Shown piece by piece: positions 40,848-49,314 of a stretch of DNA of 64,000 bases. The notes beneath the pieces were generated by a model that was not told where the DNA came from, made no database searches, and was given only the letters and a program-made list of their open reading frames with translations. This DNA comes from Candidatus Limnocylindrales bacterium (GTDB taxonomy: Bacteria > Chloroflexota > Limnocylindria > Limnocylindrales > CSP1-4). The stretch is from positions 4,168 to 68,167 of the forward strand of contig DATFHO010000101.1 in assembly GCA_035248345.1 (NCBI GenBank), read 5' to 3'. The position numbers and the translations under genes are program-made. Position 1 is the first letter of the stretch; each line of letters begins with the position of its first letter.

Positions 40848-42349
40848 CGGGCGCCGCCCGTGCCGAGCTCTGAGCGGAGCGCGTCGACGAGGAGGTCGAG
40901 CTCGACGCCGCGGGACGCCTTCACGAGCACGACGTCGCCGTCGCGGAGGCGCCGGCGCAGGAGGTCCAGCGCGGCATCGACGTCGCGCGCCTCGAGGATG
41001 CGTGACGCGTCGAGGCCCGCGCCGCGCGCGCCGGCGGCGATGCCGCTGGCCCCCGGTCCGACGACGACGAGCACGTCGCACGTGGCCGCAGCCGCGATCC
41101 CGACGTCGCGGTGGCCCGAGGCCGCGCCCTTGCCCAGCTCGAGCATCTCGCCGAGCACCGCGATCCGCCGGCCGGCCATGCCCGCGAGCATGTCCAGCGC
41201 CGCGGTCACCGACGCAGGCGACGCGTTGTAGCTGTCATCGATCACGGTGATACGGCCGAGGCGGAATACCTGGCCCCGGTGCGCCGCCGACCAGCCACCC
41301 GCGAGCGCGTGCCCGATGACCGCCGGGTCCAGCCCGGCGGCATGCCCGACGGCCGCCCCGGCGAGGGCGTTGTGGACGGACAGCTTCCCGAGCCCCGGGA
41401 TCCGCACGGGCACTCGCGTCGCCCGACCACCGCGCACGGGCGGCAGCCGAAGCGTGAACCGCATGCCGTCCAGGCCGGCCGATGTCACGTCCTCCGCGCT
41501 CACGTCCGCATCCGCGGCGAACCCGTAGCCGAGGACTCGCGCAGCCGTGCGATCGGCCATGCGGCGAACGCGTCGATCGTCCTGGTTGAGCACCGCGACG
41601 CCATCGGACGGCAGCGCCTCGACGAGCTCGCCCTTCGCCCGCTCGATGGCGGCGATGGAGCCCATGCGGCTGAGGTGCACGCCGTGCACCGCGGTGACCA
41701 CGCCGATCCGCGGCTTCGCGAGCCGCGCCAGGTCCGCGATCTCGCCGCCCGCGTACATGCCCATCTCGAGGACGAGCGCGCGGTGATCGCGATCGATCTT
41801 CAGGAGGGTGAGCGGCAGCCCGATCTCGTTGTTCTGGTTGCCCTCGGTCTTCAGCGTCCGGAAGGTGGCGCCGAGGACGGCGGCGATCGCCTCCTTGGTG
41901 GAGGTCTTGGCGATGCTCCCGGTGACGCCCACGACGAGCGGGTCGAACCGCGCGCGCCAGCCCGCCGCGATCGCCCCGAGCGCGATGAGCCCATCGGGAA
42001 CCGCGAGGACGGTCACGTCGCCAAGCGCATCGAGCACGGCCGCGGGCACGGGTCTCGAGACGAGCAGCGCCGCCGCGCCATTGACGGTTGCCTCCGCGAG
42101 GTAGCTGTGCCCATCCACCCGCTCGCCCGGAAGGGCGACGAAGAGCTGGCCCGGCAGCACGAGCCGCGAATCCACTGCCGCGCCGCGGATGGGCCGGGCG
42201 CTCGTGCGCAGCAGGCGGCCGCCGGTGAGGCGACGGAGGTCCTCGGCGGTGAAGGCGGGCTCGTCGGTGGAGGTGGCTCGGCCGCCGGAATGCGACGGCT
42301 TGGGGCCCTCGACGGTCACGAACCCAAGTGTGGCACCCGGCCCGATCAC
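40844..42349 (-). CDS. murF: UDP-N-acetylmuramoyl-tripeptide--D-alanyl-D-alanine ligase
   Basis: This is the C-terminal ~500 aa of the giant ORF 40844..44803. DSRLVLPGQLFVALPGERVDGH, NNEIGLPLTLL and DDSYNASP are typical of MurF. The P-loop reads GVTGSIAKTS. GTG 42349 overlaps the ftsI stop. GTG 42319 is the alternative start. Confidence 0.85.
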   Translation of the reverse strand: MIGPGATLGFVTVEGPKPSHSGGRATSTDEPAFTAEDLRRLTGGRLLRTSARPIRGAAVDSRLVLPGQLFVALPGERVDGHSYLAEATVNGAAALLVSRPVPAAVLDALGDVTVLAVPDGLIALGAIAAGWRARFDPLVVGVTGSIAKTSTKEAIAAVLGATFRTLKTEGNQNNEIGLPLTLLKIDRDHRALVLEMGMYAGGEIADLARLAKPRIGVVTAVHGVHLSRMGSIAAIERAKGELVEALPSDGVAVLNQDDRRVRRMADRTAARVLGYGFAADADVSAEDVTSAGLDGMRFTLRLPPVRGGRATRVPVRIPGLGKLSVHNALAGAAVGHAAGLDPAVIGHALAGGWSAAHRGQVFRLGRITVIDDSYNASPASVTAALDMLAGMAGRRIAVLGEMLELGKGAASGHRDVGIAAAATCDVLVVVGPGASGIAAGARGAGLDASRILEARDVDAALDLLRRRLRDGDVVLVKASRGVELDLLVDALRSELGTGGAR

Positions 42350-44178
42350 TCGCCCGCCCGCCCGGAGGTGCCGGACGTGGTGGTCGAGGAATCGAGCGGT
42401 GCAAGGAGGCCCGGGGTCGTGATCGCGTCGGTTGCGACCCGACGGAAGAGCTCGGTCGAGACGATCGGCAGGACGAGCTGGCCCTGGGCGTTCCGGGCGG
42501 GCACGGCTTCCTGGATCTTCACCGCCACGATGAGATCCGGGTGGCCCTCGGTCCGGCCGATGAAGCCGACGCAGGAGAAGTTGAAGACGTTGTGCAGCCA
42601 CCGGTTCTGCGCCGAGTCCCAGACCTGCGCCGTGCCGGTCTTGCCGCCGATCCAGTATCCCGGGACCTGCGACTTGTCGACGTACCAGGGGCTCGCGAGC
42701 ACGTGCTGCATCAGACCCGACAGCGTCGGGCTCAGCGACGCGTCGATGAGCCCGGGCTTGCCGGTCGTGGCGATCGCCTGCGATCCCACGCCCGCGACGA
42801 CGTGCGGCTGGACGAGCGTGCCGCCGTTGACCATCGCGGCGTACGCCGCGGCAAGCTGGATCTGGGTGACCGCCACCCCCTGGCCGAACGAGCCGTTGGC
42901 GAGGTCGATCTGGCGCCACGTCCGCTGGGCGGGATCGGTCACGAGGCCGCGGACCTCGCCCGCGACGTCGATGCCGGTGGCGGTGCCGAACCCGAACCGC
43001 GTCCAGACCTCGTGCAGGATCGTCGCGGCGCCCGTGGTCGTCGGGGCGAGGCCGAGCGCAACCTTGGACGCGACGACGTTGCGCGAGTACGCGATGCCGT
43101 CCTGGAGCTGCATGTTGCCCATCGCCTTGCCGTCGGCGTCGGTGACCTTCGTCTTGCCGTTGTCGAGCTTCATGCGCCCGGTGTCCTTGTAGACCGTGTG
43201 CAGCGTCGTGGTGCCGGTCTCGAGGCCCGCGATGACCGTGAACATCTTGAACACGGAGCCCGGCTCGTAGACCTGGGACACAACGGGGTCCTGGAACACC
43301 GTGTCGTCGTTCGTTGCGACCGCGCCGTAGTCGTTCGCGTCGTACGAGGGGTACGTCGCTTCCGCGTAGATCTCGCCGGTCCAGGGATCCAGCACGACCG
43401 CTGAGACGGACTTCGCACTGTTGGCGAGACGGGCGGCCATGACCTCCTGCTCGACCGCCAGCTGGAGGCCGGCGTCGATCGTCAGCCGGATGTCCTCGCC
43501 GGGCACGCCCGGGTCGATGGTCCGCTCGGTCTCCATGATCGGCTTGCCCGATGCATCGCGATCCGCTTCGACGACCTTCGGCTGGCCGGCGAGCACGTCC
43601 TGGTAGTACTGCTCGACGCCATACTGGCCCGCGCCCTCGTGGTTCACGAAGCCGATCAGCGTCGCGGCAAGGGAGCTGCTCGGGCTGCCTCCCGGCTGGG
43701 GGTAGCTCCGGATGGAGTCGGACTCGATGGTGATGCCGCCGATGCCCGCCGTCGCCGCGGCGTCCGAGATGGCCTCGGTCAGCTCCGGCGGGAGATCCCG
43801 CGCGATCACGAGATATTGCTTGCGGGTTTCCAGCTTCGCCCGGACCGATGCGATCCCGGCCGGGTCGAGGTCGAGCTGCGTCGTGAGGAAGCTGACCATC
43901 CGCTCGCGGCTCTGGTCGTTGAGATTGGCCGCCGAGACGATGAGCCGGTCGCGCACCACGCTCGCGGCGAGCACCACGGTCCCGCTGCGGTCGTAGATCT
44001 GGCCACGCTTGCTCGGCACCGGCGCCTGGTAGTAGATCTGGCGACGGGCGCTGTCGACGAGCTGCTGGCGCTGTGCGATCTGCCAGTAGCCGAGACGGGC
44101 GACGAGCACGCCGGCGCCGAGCACGAAGACCACGAGCAACAGGAAGAGGCGGCGCGTGGAATCGGTTCGGCCGGCCAT
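42346..44178 (-). CDS. ftsI: penicillin-binding protein (FtsI/PBP2B-type transpeptidase)
   Basis: 610-aa ORF with an N-terminal TM segment, a dimerisation domain and transpeptidase motifs (SVFKMFT = SxxK, YSRN = SxN, KTGTA). Confidence 0.9.
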   Translation of the reverse strand: MAGRTDSTRRLFLLLVVFVLGAGVLVARLGYWQIAQRQQLVDSARRQIYYQAPVPSKRGQIYDRSGTVVLAASVVRDRLIVSAANLNDQSRERMVSFLTTQLDLDPAGIASVRAKLETRKQYLVIARDLPPELTEAISDAAATAGIGGITIESDSIRSYPQPGGSPSSSLAATLIGFVNHEGAGQYGVEQYYQDVLAGQPKVVEADRDASGKPIMETERTIDPGVPGEDIRLTIDAGLQLAVEQEVMAARLANSAKSVSAVVLDPWTGEIYAEATYPSYDANDYGAVATNDDTVFQDPVVSQVYEPGSVFKMFTVIAGLETGTTTLHTVYKDTGRMKLDNGKTKVTDADGKAMGNMQLQDGIAYSRNVVASKVALGLAPTTTGAATILHEVWTRFGFGTATGIDVAGEVRGLVTDPAQRTWRQIDLANGSFGQGVAVTQIQLAAAYAAMVNGGTLVQPHVVAGVGSQAIATTGKPGLIDASLSPTLSGLMQHVLASPWYVDKSQVPGYWIGGKTGTAQVWDSAQNRWLHNVFNFSCVGFIGRTEGHPDLIVAVKIQEAVPARNAQGQLVLPIVSTELFRRVATDAITTPGLLAPLDSSTTTSGTSGRAGE

Positions 44179-44190
44179 GGTCGTCGCTCG

Positions 44191-44661
44191 CTAGCGGGCG
44201 GTGATGATGAGGGGCGCGCCGAGCTGGCCGAGGCCGGCATCGAGCGCCTGCTTGCGGATCGCAGGCTCGCTGCGGAGGCGTTGCACGTCCGACTGGAGGT
44301 CCTGGCGGACGGCTTCGAGCCGCTCCCGCTCGGACTGCAGCCGCACGATGTCGTAGCCCGTGGCAGCGACCCGGACGCTCTGGCTGAGCGACAGGAACGC
44401 GACGCTGAAGACGATCGCGATGGTCGCGATGGCGAGACCGATCGACGACGGCCGGCTCCGAAAGGCGGCACGGTCCGCGCGGCGCGCGGCCGCAGGTCCG
44501 GTCGCCGTCGAGGCGTGCTTGGCCCGCTTCGCGATCCGCTCGGCGGCGCGATCCGCGGCGCGGCCGTCGCGGATGCGTTCGCCGCGCCCGGCTCGATCCG
44601 CGAGGGCGTCGAGCCCGAGTGGGAGAGGCGCCCGGCGTCGGGCGCCCTGGTAGACGGCCAT
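44191..44661 (-). CDS. ftsL: FtsL-like cell division protein
   Basis: 156-aa ORF with a basic cytoplasmic N-terminus, a single TM segment (IGLAIATIAIVFSVAFLSL) and then a coiled-coil-like segment. It occupies the canonical position between rsmH and ftsI. Confidence 0.75.
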   Translation of the reverse strand: MAVYQGARRRAPLPLGLDALADRAGRGERIRDGRAADRAAERIAKRAKHASTATGPAAARRADRAAFRSRPSSIGLAIATIAIVFSVAFLSLSQSVRVAATGYDIVRLQSERERLEAVRQDLQSDVQRLRSEPAIRKQALDAGLGQLGAPLIITAR

Positions 44662-44855
44662 CAGTCCGCGAAGCCGTACGGCGCGTCGGCGGATGGCGTG
44701 TCGATGAACGACGCGGGCTCGAGGCCGAGGTCCTGCCCGGCGCGCCAGGCGCGGTCGGTTCGGATGCGATCGGTGCGACGGTCCAGTCGCTCGTGCACTT
44801 CATGCTGGCGGCGGCCGTAGGCGCGGCGACGGCTGGCGGAATGGCGCTTGCTCAT
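44661..44855 (-). CDS. hypothetical 64-aa basic/acidic protein inside the dcw operon
   Basis: AGGAGG lies 8 nt upstream of the ATG. 55 of 64 codons end in G/C (hand count). The stop overlaps the ftsL start (TGATG). No TM segment and no recognisable family. Confidence 0.6.
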   Translation of the reverse strand: MSKRHSASRRRAYGRRQHEVHERLDRRTDRIRTDRAWRAGQDLGLEPASFIDTPSADAPYGFAD

Positions 44856-44969
44856 CGGGGGCTCCTCCTTCCTCGATTGCGACCGCGGGCTCCTCTTCCC
44901 GGGTCGTGCGATGTGCAGAGGCGGCGGGGGCTGGCGGGCGCGTGGGCGCCGGGGCGCGGTGCAGGTCGA

Positions 44970-45932
44970 CTAGGCGGCGATCCGCTCGGCGGCGCGCAGG
45001 CGCGCGCTGCGGGCGCGGGGGTTGGCACTGACCTCGGCGGAGGTCGGGACGAGGCCCTTCGGGGACAGGAGGCGCAGGCGCGGCTGCTTGCCGCACACGC
45101 AGACCGGCGCCTCCGGCGGACAGGTGCAGCCACGGCGCTCCGCCTGCAGGAAGCGCTTGACGATGCGGTCCTCGAGGGAGTGGTAGCTCAGGACCACGAG
45201 GCGGCCGCCGGGCTTCAGCAGGTCGACTGCCGCCGCGAGCCCCGCCTGCAGCGCGTCGAGCTCCTCGTTGACGGCGATCCGGAGCGCCTGGAACACCCGG
45301 GTCGCGGGGTGCACGCGGCGCCGGCCCGGCGCGCGCGACGGGGTGACGCGGGCGACGAGGGCGGCGAGCTCCTCTGCCGTGTCGATCCGAGCGGTGCGCC
45401 GCGCTTCGACGATCGCTCGCGCGATCCGGCCGGCGAACGGCTCTTCGCCGTACTGCTTGAAGAGCGCCGTCAGCTCCCTGGCATCGAGCGTGTTCACGAG
45501 CTCCGCAGCGGACGCGCCGCGGCCGGTGTCGAAGCGCATGTCGAGCGGCCCGCCGGCGCGGAACCCGAACCCACGCTCCTCGTCGGCCAGCTGGAAGCTG
45601 GAGAGCCCGAGATCGAACAGGCAGCCATCGACGGCATCGAAGCCTTCGGCGGGCGCGACGTCGGCGAGCTCGCGGAAGTTGGCCTGGCGCAGGTGCAGCC
45701 GGTCGCCGTACCGCGCGCCGAGCTTCGCCTGGACTCTGGCGATGGCCGCCCCATCGGCGTCGAGACCGAGGAGGCGGCCATCAGGGTCGCAGGCGTCAAG
45801 GATTCGTTGGGCGTGGCCGCCGCCACCGAGGGTCGCGTCGACATGGCGGCTTCCCGCCTTCGGCGCGAGCTGCTCGATGACCTCGTCGGCCATGACGGGG
45901 ACGTGCTGGACGGGTGCGTCGGTGGGTTGCAT
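44970..45932 (-). CDS. rsmH: 16S rRNA (cytosine1402-N4)-methyltransferase
   Basis: 320-aa ORF with HVPVMADEV...DATLGGGGHA...DLGLSSFQL, typical of RsmH/MraW. Confidence 0.92.
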   Translation of the reverse strand: MQPTDAPVQHVPVMADEVIEQLAPKAGSRHVDATLGGGGHAQRILDACDPDGRLLGLDADGAAIARVQAKLGARYGDRLHLRQANFRELADVAPAEGFDAVDGCLFDLGLSSFQLADEERGFGFRAGGPLDMRFDTGRGASAAELVNTLDARELTALFKQYGEEPFAGRIARAIVEARRTARIDTAEELAALVARVTPSRAPGRRRVHPATRVFQALRIAVNEELDALQAGLAAAVDLLKPGGRLVVLSYHSLEDRIVKRFLQAERRGCTCPPEAPVCVCGKQPRLRLLSPKGLVPTSAEVSANPRARSARLRAAERIAA

Positions 45933-46369
45933 CAGATGCCGAGGCCGCGGATCGCTTCCGCGAACGTCTGTGGGTCGTCCATCGCGCGGCGGTAGGTGGC
46001 CCAGCGATCCGGCGCCCAGATCTCGCCGTGATCGCGAACGCCGATCACGAGGGCGTCGCCGGCAATCCCCATCTCCTCGCGGAGGTAGCTCGGAACGAGG
46101 ACGCGGCCCTGGCGGTCGAGCTCGGCTTCGAGTGCGCCCGCGAAGATCTGCCGCTGGAAGAGTCGGCCTGCGGGGTCGGTGACGGGAACCGCGGCGACCT
46201 TCGCGGAGAGCAGGTCCCAGCCCTCGCGGGTGTGGATCGCAAGGCAGCCGTCGATCCAGCGCGACAGGACGGCGCCCGTTGCCAGCTGCGCCCTGAAGCG
46301 CGCCGGGATGGCCAGCCTGCCCTTGTCGTCCACCGTGTGCCGGTACTCGCCGGTGAACACCAACCGCAC
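45932..46369 (-). CDS. mraZ: transcriptional regulator MraZ
   Basis: 145-aa ORF with GTG start. FTGEYRHTVDDKGRLAIPARFR and a second DRQGRVLVPSYLR give the double SpoVT/AbrB repeat of MraZ. Confidence 0.92.
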   Translation of the reverse strand: MRLVFTGEYRHTVDDKGRLAIPARFRAQLATGAVLSRWIDGCLAIHTREGWDLLSAKVAAVPVTDPAGRLFQRQIFAGALEAELDRQGRVLVPSYLREEMGIAGDALVIGVRDHGEIWAPDRWATYRRAMDDPQTFAEAIRGLGI

Positions 46370-46520
46370 CCCAGGTTCCGAGTCGATCGACGGATCGGAG
46401 GAGTTCGACGGGCCCGCGGGAACCGCGGACCCGTCATTGCTGTCGCGGGACTCGGAGTGCCCGTCCGAATGCCGCTGGTGGTCGAGCTGCGGGTCAGGGA
46501 TCCTGGGTCTCGCGATGGAT

Positions 46521-46547
46521 CCCCACTATTCCCCACTTCTCGCCACT
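46521..46547 (-). promoter_or_regulatory. putative MraZ operator: three direct AGTGG(G/C)G repeats at exact 10-nt spacing
   Basis: The minus strand reads AGTGGCGAGA-AGTGGGGAAT-AGTGGGG, starting 9 nt downstream of the -10 hexamer. This matches the known direct-repeat (GTGGG/TGGGN, 10-nt phase) architecture of MraZ sites. Confidence 0.6.
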
Positions 46548-46555
46548 TGATGGGC

Positions 46556-46583
46556 ATTCTAGGGCGCGACTGGTCGTCGTCAA
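46556..46583 (-). promoter_or_regulatory. Pmra-like promoter (TTGACG-16 nt-TAGAAT) giving a ~180-190 nt mraZ leader
   Basis: On the minus strand, TTGACG is at 46583-46578 and TAGAAT at 46561-46556. An A/T-richer stretch (TTCGAAATTGGGGA) lies just upstream. Confidence 0.55.
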
Positions 46584-46698
46584 TCCCCAATTTCGAAGGA
46601 ATCCAGGGCGTCGACATCGACGCGCCGAGCAGGCAGATCCGCTGCTCCGCCGCGGCGTCGCGGTGCGGACCGCGAGGCGGCTCCCGCGGGGTCAGCCG

Positions 46699-47415
46699 CT
46701 AGATGACGGCGTGCTGGTACTGCAGCCGGATGACCTGACCCGAGTAGATCGTGTTGGCGTCGGGAATGGCCGGGTTCGCCGCGAGGATTGCATCCACCGT
46801 CAGCCCGAACCGCGCGGCGATGGTCGACAGCCCGTCACCCGGCCGCACGACGTACAGGTAGCAGTCGATCGCGTCGCCTCCGCACGCGTCGAGGCGCACC
46901 CAGGGATCCCGGCCCAGGTACAGGACGTGGCCGACCACGATCGTGCCGGCTGCATCGAGCTCCGGGTTGAGCGCCCGCAGCGTCAGGACCGGGATGCGAT
47001 ATCGGCTCGCGACAACGGACAGCGTGTCGCCGCGCTGGACCGTGTACTCGTAGCAGCCCGGATGATCGAGGCAGCCCGGCAGCGCCGTCAGCGGGTCAAC
47101 CGGCTCGGTGGTGGGCGGCAGCGTTGTCCCTGCTGTCGGGGTGGGGCTCGGTGGGGACGACGTGGCTGCGCCGGGTGATGCGGTGGGGACGAGGCTCGGT
47201 GGCGGCGCCGTTGCGGGCATCACCGTGGGGGCGAGGCTCGCGCCGGGACTTGCGAGTGCGGCGTGGCTTGCGGCAGGCGCGACCGGCAGCTGGAGGCCCC
47301 CGCGACCAGCCACGAACGTGATGGCGACTGCCGCGCAGGCGACCGTGAACAGGGCAGACGCGATCACCGCGGGCGTCATCGTCCGCGGCCGCGGGTCACG
47401 CGTCGAAGCGTTCAC
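46699..47415 (-). CDS. secreted/membrane-anchored protein with two LysM domains
   Basis: ORF 46699..47496. It has a signal/anchor (MTPAVIASALFTVACAAVAITFV), a Pro/Thr-rich linker and two LysM repeats (YTVQRGDTLSVVASRY..., YVVRPGDGLSTIAARF...). Start is GTG 47415 (AGGAGG upstream) or ATG 47379. Confidence 0.8.
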   Translation of the reverse strand: MNASTRDPRPRTMTPAVIASALFTVACAAVAITFVAGRGGLQLPVAPAASHAALASPGASLAPTVMPATAPPPSLVPTASPGAATSSPPSPTPTAGTTLPPTTEPVDPLTALPGCLDHPGCYEYTVQRGDTLSVVASRYRIPVLTLRALNPELDAAGTIVVGHVLYLGRDPWVRLDACGGDAIDCYLYVVRPGDGLSTIAARFGLTVDAILAANPAIPDANTIYSGQVIRLQYQHAVI

Positions 47416-47573
47416 TCCCCTCCTCGGGCGGTCGCCGGCGCTCCCCGCTGCTCCGTCGGTCGCTAGTACCTTCTGGCCGTGTCGAGGCCGTTGCACACGA
47501 TGCTAGGCTGCCGCGCATCGGGGTCGGCGCCGGGCCGGCCTGCGAGCACCGATCGAGGCGCCCAATCTCGACC

Positions 47574-47816
47574 ATGGCCCTGCCCCTCAGCGAGCCCGTG
47601 ATGCTGCCCGATCCGTCGCACCTTGCGCCGCATCGGATCAAGCGGTGCACGTTCCGGCGAATGATCCGCGTCGAACCGCGCGGCGAGCGCCGCTACGACG
47701 TCGAGTGCCTCTACCCGGATCGCAAGCTCGCGATCCCGCTTGGCGACCTCGATGCCGCGACGCCCATCTGCAACGCGTGCACCGCGGCGCACATCTTCCG
47801 ACCCGACGAGGACTAG
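47574..47816 (+). CDS. hypothetical 80-aa Cys-containing protein (C-x26-C-x29-CxxC)
   Basis: Nearly every codon ends in G/C. The four Cys residues are RCTF, ECLY and ICNAC. No recognisable family. Confidence 0.6.
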   Translation: MALPLSEPVMLPDPSHLAPHRIKRCTFRRMIRVEPRGERRYDVECLYPDRKLAIPLGDLDAATPICNACTAAHIFRPDED

Positions 47817-47844
47817 CCCCGCCCTCTTCGCGAGGCGTCCGCGA

Positions 47845-48051
47845 CTACTCGATCTTCGTGGTCCCCGGCTCCTCGCCGGGCGGGATCACGATGACCTCGT
47901 CGGAACACGTATCGCACTTGAAGATGCGCGCGCCCTTGATCCAGCTTCGCTCCGGATCGTGATCGGCGGAGTCGTGGTCGCGCTCCGACATCGGGCTGTA
48001 CTCGTCGCCACCGTGGTGGTGCATCAGCCGCAGCGCCTGGAAGTTGATCAT
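47845..48051 (-). CDS. hypothetical 68-aa His/Asp-rich protein with a single CxxC
   Basis: High codon-3 GC. GAGGGAG lies ~10 nt upstream of the ATG. It contains HHHGGDEY...DHDSADHD...KCDTCSDEV and lies downstream of the S1 protease gene. Confidence 0.6.
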   Translation of the reverse strand: MINFQALRLMHHHGGDEYSPMSERDHDSADHDPERSWIKGARIFKCDTCSDEVIVIPPGEEPGTTKIE

Positions 48052-48139
48052 CCGGTGGCCACTCCCTCGATCGTTCAGGTTCAGTGCGGCACTGTAGCAA
48101 GCACCCTCACGTCAGGCGAGGCCGAACGATGGCTCGGCC

Positions 48140-48946
48140 TCACGAGCTACCCGGCTGAAGGTCGCAGTCCGGCGTGGTGCACAGCTCCAGGCCGAGGTTG
48201 CGCAGGCCCTCCGCGAGCGGCGTGAACGCCAGGTACCCCGCGATCAGGCGGGAAACGGTGCCGGCGGGCCTGCCGTTGACCAGCACCGCGCTCCCCGAAT
48301 CCCCGTAATCGCCCCCGATGTCGGTCACGACCATGCACGGGAAGATCGTGTCCGTCTCGTGCTCGTACCTGCCGATCTCGAGCACCTTCCCTGAACGGAA
48401 GATCTCGCGGCCGTCGAGCTCGACGCGGTCACCGACGCGCACGTCCGCACAGGCCATCGGCACGGTGCCCGGGTCGAGCGTCCGATAGCCGCCCGCGCCC
48501 AAGTCCACGAGATTCAGGTGGCCCCACGGGATGCGAGCTGCGGGCAGGCGAAGGGCCAGGATGTCGGCCGGCGCGCAGAAGCGGCCTGGCGGACAGTCGG
48601 CGAGCTCGGCCAGCGGCCCGTACGTGCCCACGAGGCGACCGTTCGGATCGAGCATCGTGGCGCCGAGATCCGCTGCGGGACAGTGCGCCGCGATCGTGAG
48701 CACGATGGTCCGCCCTTCCCGGGCATAGAACCCGCCGGACGCGCACGGCCCGGGCACGTTCTGGCCGGCCCACACGGGTGGGTCGTAGCGCGGCGTGGTT
48801 CGCTGGGTCTCGCCGTGGCTGCGCATCCCGGTCGCGACGACCGACGCGGCAACGACCACCAGCGCCGCAACCGCACCGAACGTGGCGAGCCGCAGCACGC
48901 GGCCGATGCGGGGCTTGGCCATGGGCATACCCGCATGATCACCCAC
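48140..48946 (-). CDS. membrane-anchored chymotrypsin-fold (S1) serine protease
   Basis: 268-aa ORF with an N-terminal TM segment (LATFGAVAALVVVAASVV). Triad contexts are TIAAHC (His), ADILALRL (Asp) and GDYGDSGSAV (Ser). Confidence 0.8.
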   Translation of the reverse strand: MGDHAGMPMAKPRIGRVLRLATFGAVAALVVVAASVVATGMRSHGETQRTTPRYDPPVWAGQNVPGPCASGGFYAREGRTIVLTIAAHCPAADLGATMLDPNGRLVGTYGPLAELADCPPGRFCAPADILALRLPAARIPWGHLNLVDLGAGGYRTLDPGTVPMACADVRVGDRVELDGREIFRSGKVLEIGRYEHETDTIFPCMVVTDIGGDYGDSGSAVLVNGRPAGTVSRLIAGYLAFTPLAEGLRNLGLELCTTPDCDLQPGSS

Positions 48947-48957
48947 CGGAAGCTGGA

Positions 48958-49308
48958 AATGTCAGCGAGGCGGCCTGTAAGCCGAGTTCTGTGTCCGGCC
49001 GCCGAAGCGGACGAACGATGGCCATCCATCTGGGGCCGCCGGTTACCCGGCGGCTCATGCGGCCGACCCGAGGGCTGTGCAGCGCACGTCTTCCCGGCAA
49101 GCCGGGAGTCGCCCTCCTATTTGGCCTTGCTCCAGGTAGAGCTTGCCGCGTTTCACTCCGGCCGAAGCCGGCATCGTCACTGTGGCGCTGGTCCTCGCCT
49201 CGCGGCGGGTGGGCGTTACCCACTACCTTGCGCTGGGGAGCTCGGACTTTCCTCAGCCCGACCGGTTGCCCGGCCGAGCCGCGGCCATCCGGCCGTCTCG
49301 CTGACCGC
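48958..49308 (-). ncRNA. rnpB: RNase P RNA, bacterial type A
   Basis: The minus strand carries the universal P4 strand GAGGAAAGUCCGAGC (complement at ~49240-49254) and ACAGAACUCGGCUUACAG near the 3' end. A 15-bp P1 forms between GUCAGCGAGACGGCC and GGCCGCCUCGCUGAC. The RNA fills the gap between the protease and rnhA genes. Ends are +/- a few nt. Confidence 0.93.
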
Positions 49309-49314
49309 CGAATT

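Noticed and set aside
40844-44803. A 1319-aa minus-strand ORF spanning murF through ftsL.
   Set aside because: Only the C-terminal ~500 aa is MurF-like. The upstream part is an Arg/Pro-rich alternative frame of ftsI/ftsL, which have their own convincing ORFs (42346..44178 and 44191..44661).
47380-47700. A ydaO (c-di-AMP) riboswitch upstream of the LysM protein gene, as seen for cell-wall genes in Actinobacteria.
   Set aside because: Only a loose resemblance was found (CCGACCCCG...CAGCCUAGCAUCGUGUGC against CCGAACCCG-CAGCUAACCUCGUAAGCG). The rest of the motif would have to overlap the well-supported plus-strand 80-aa ORF.
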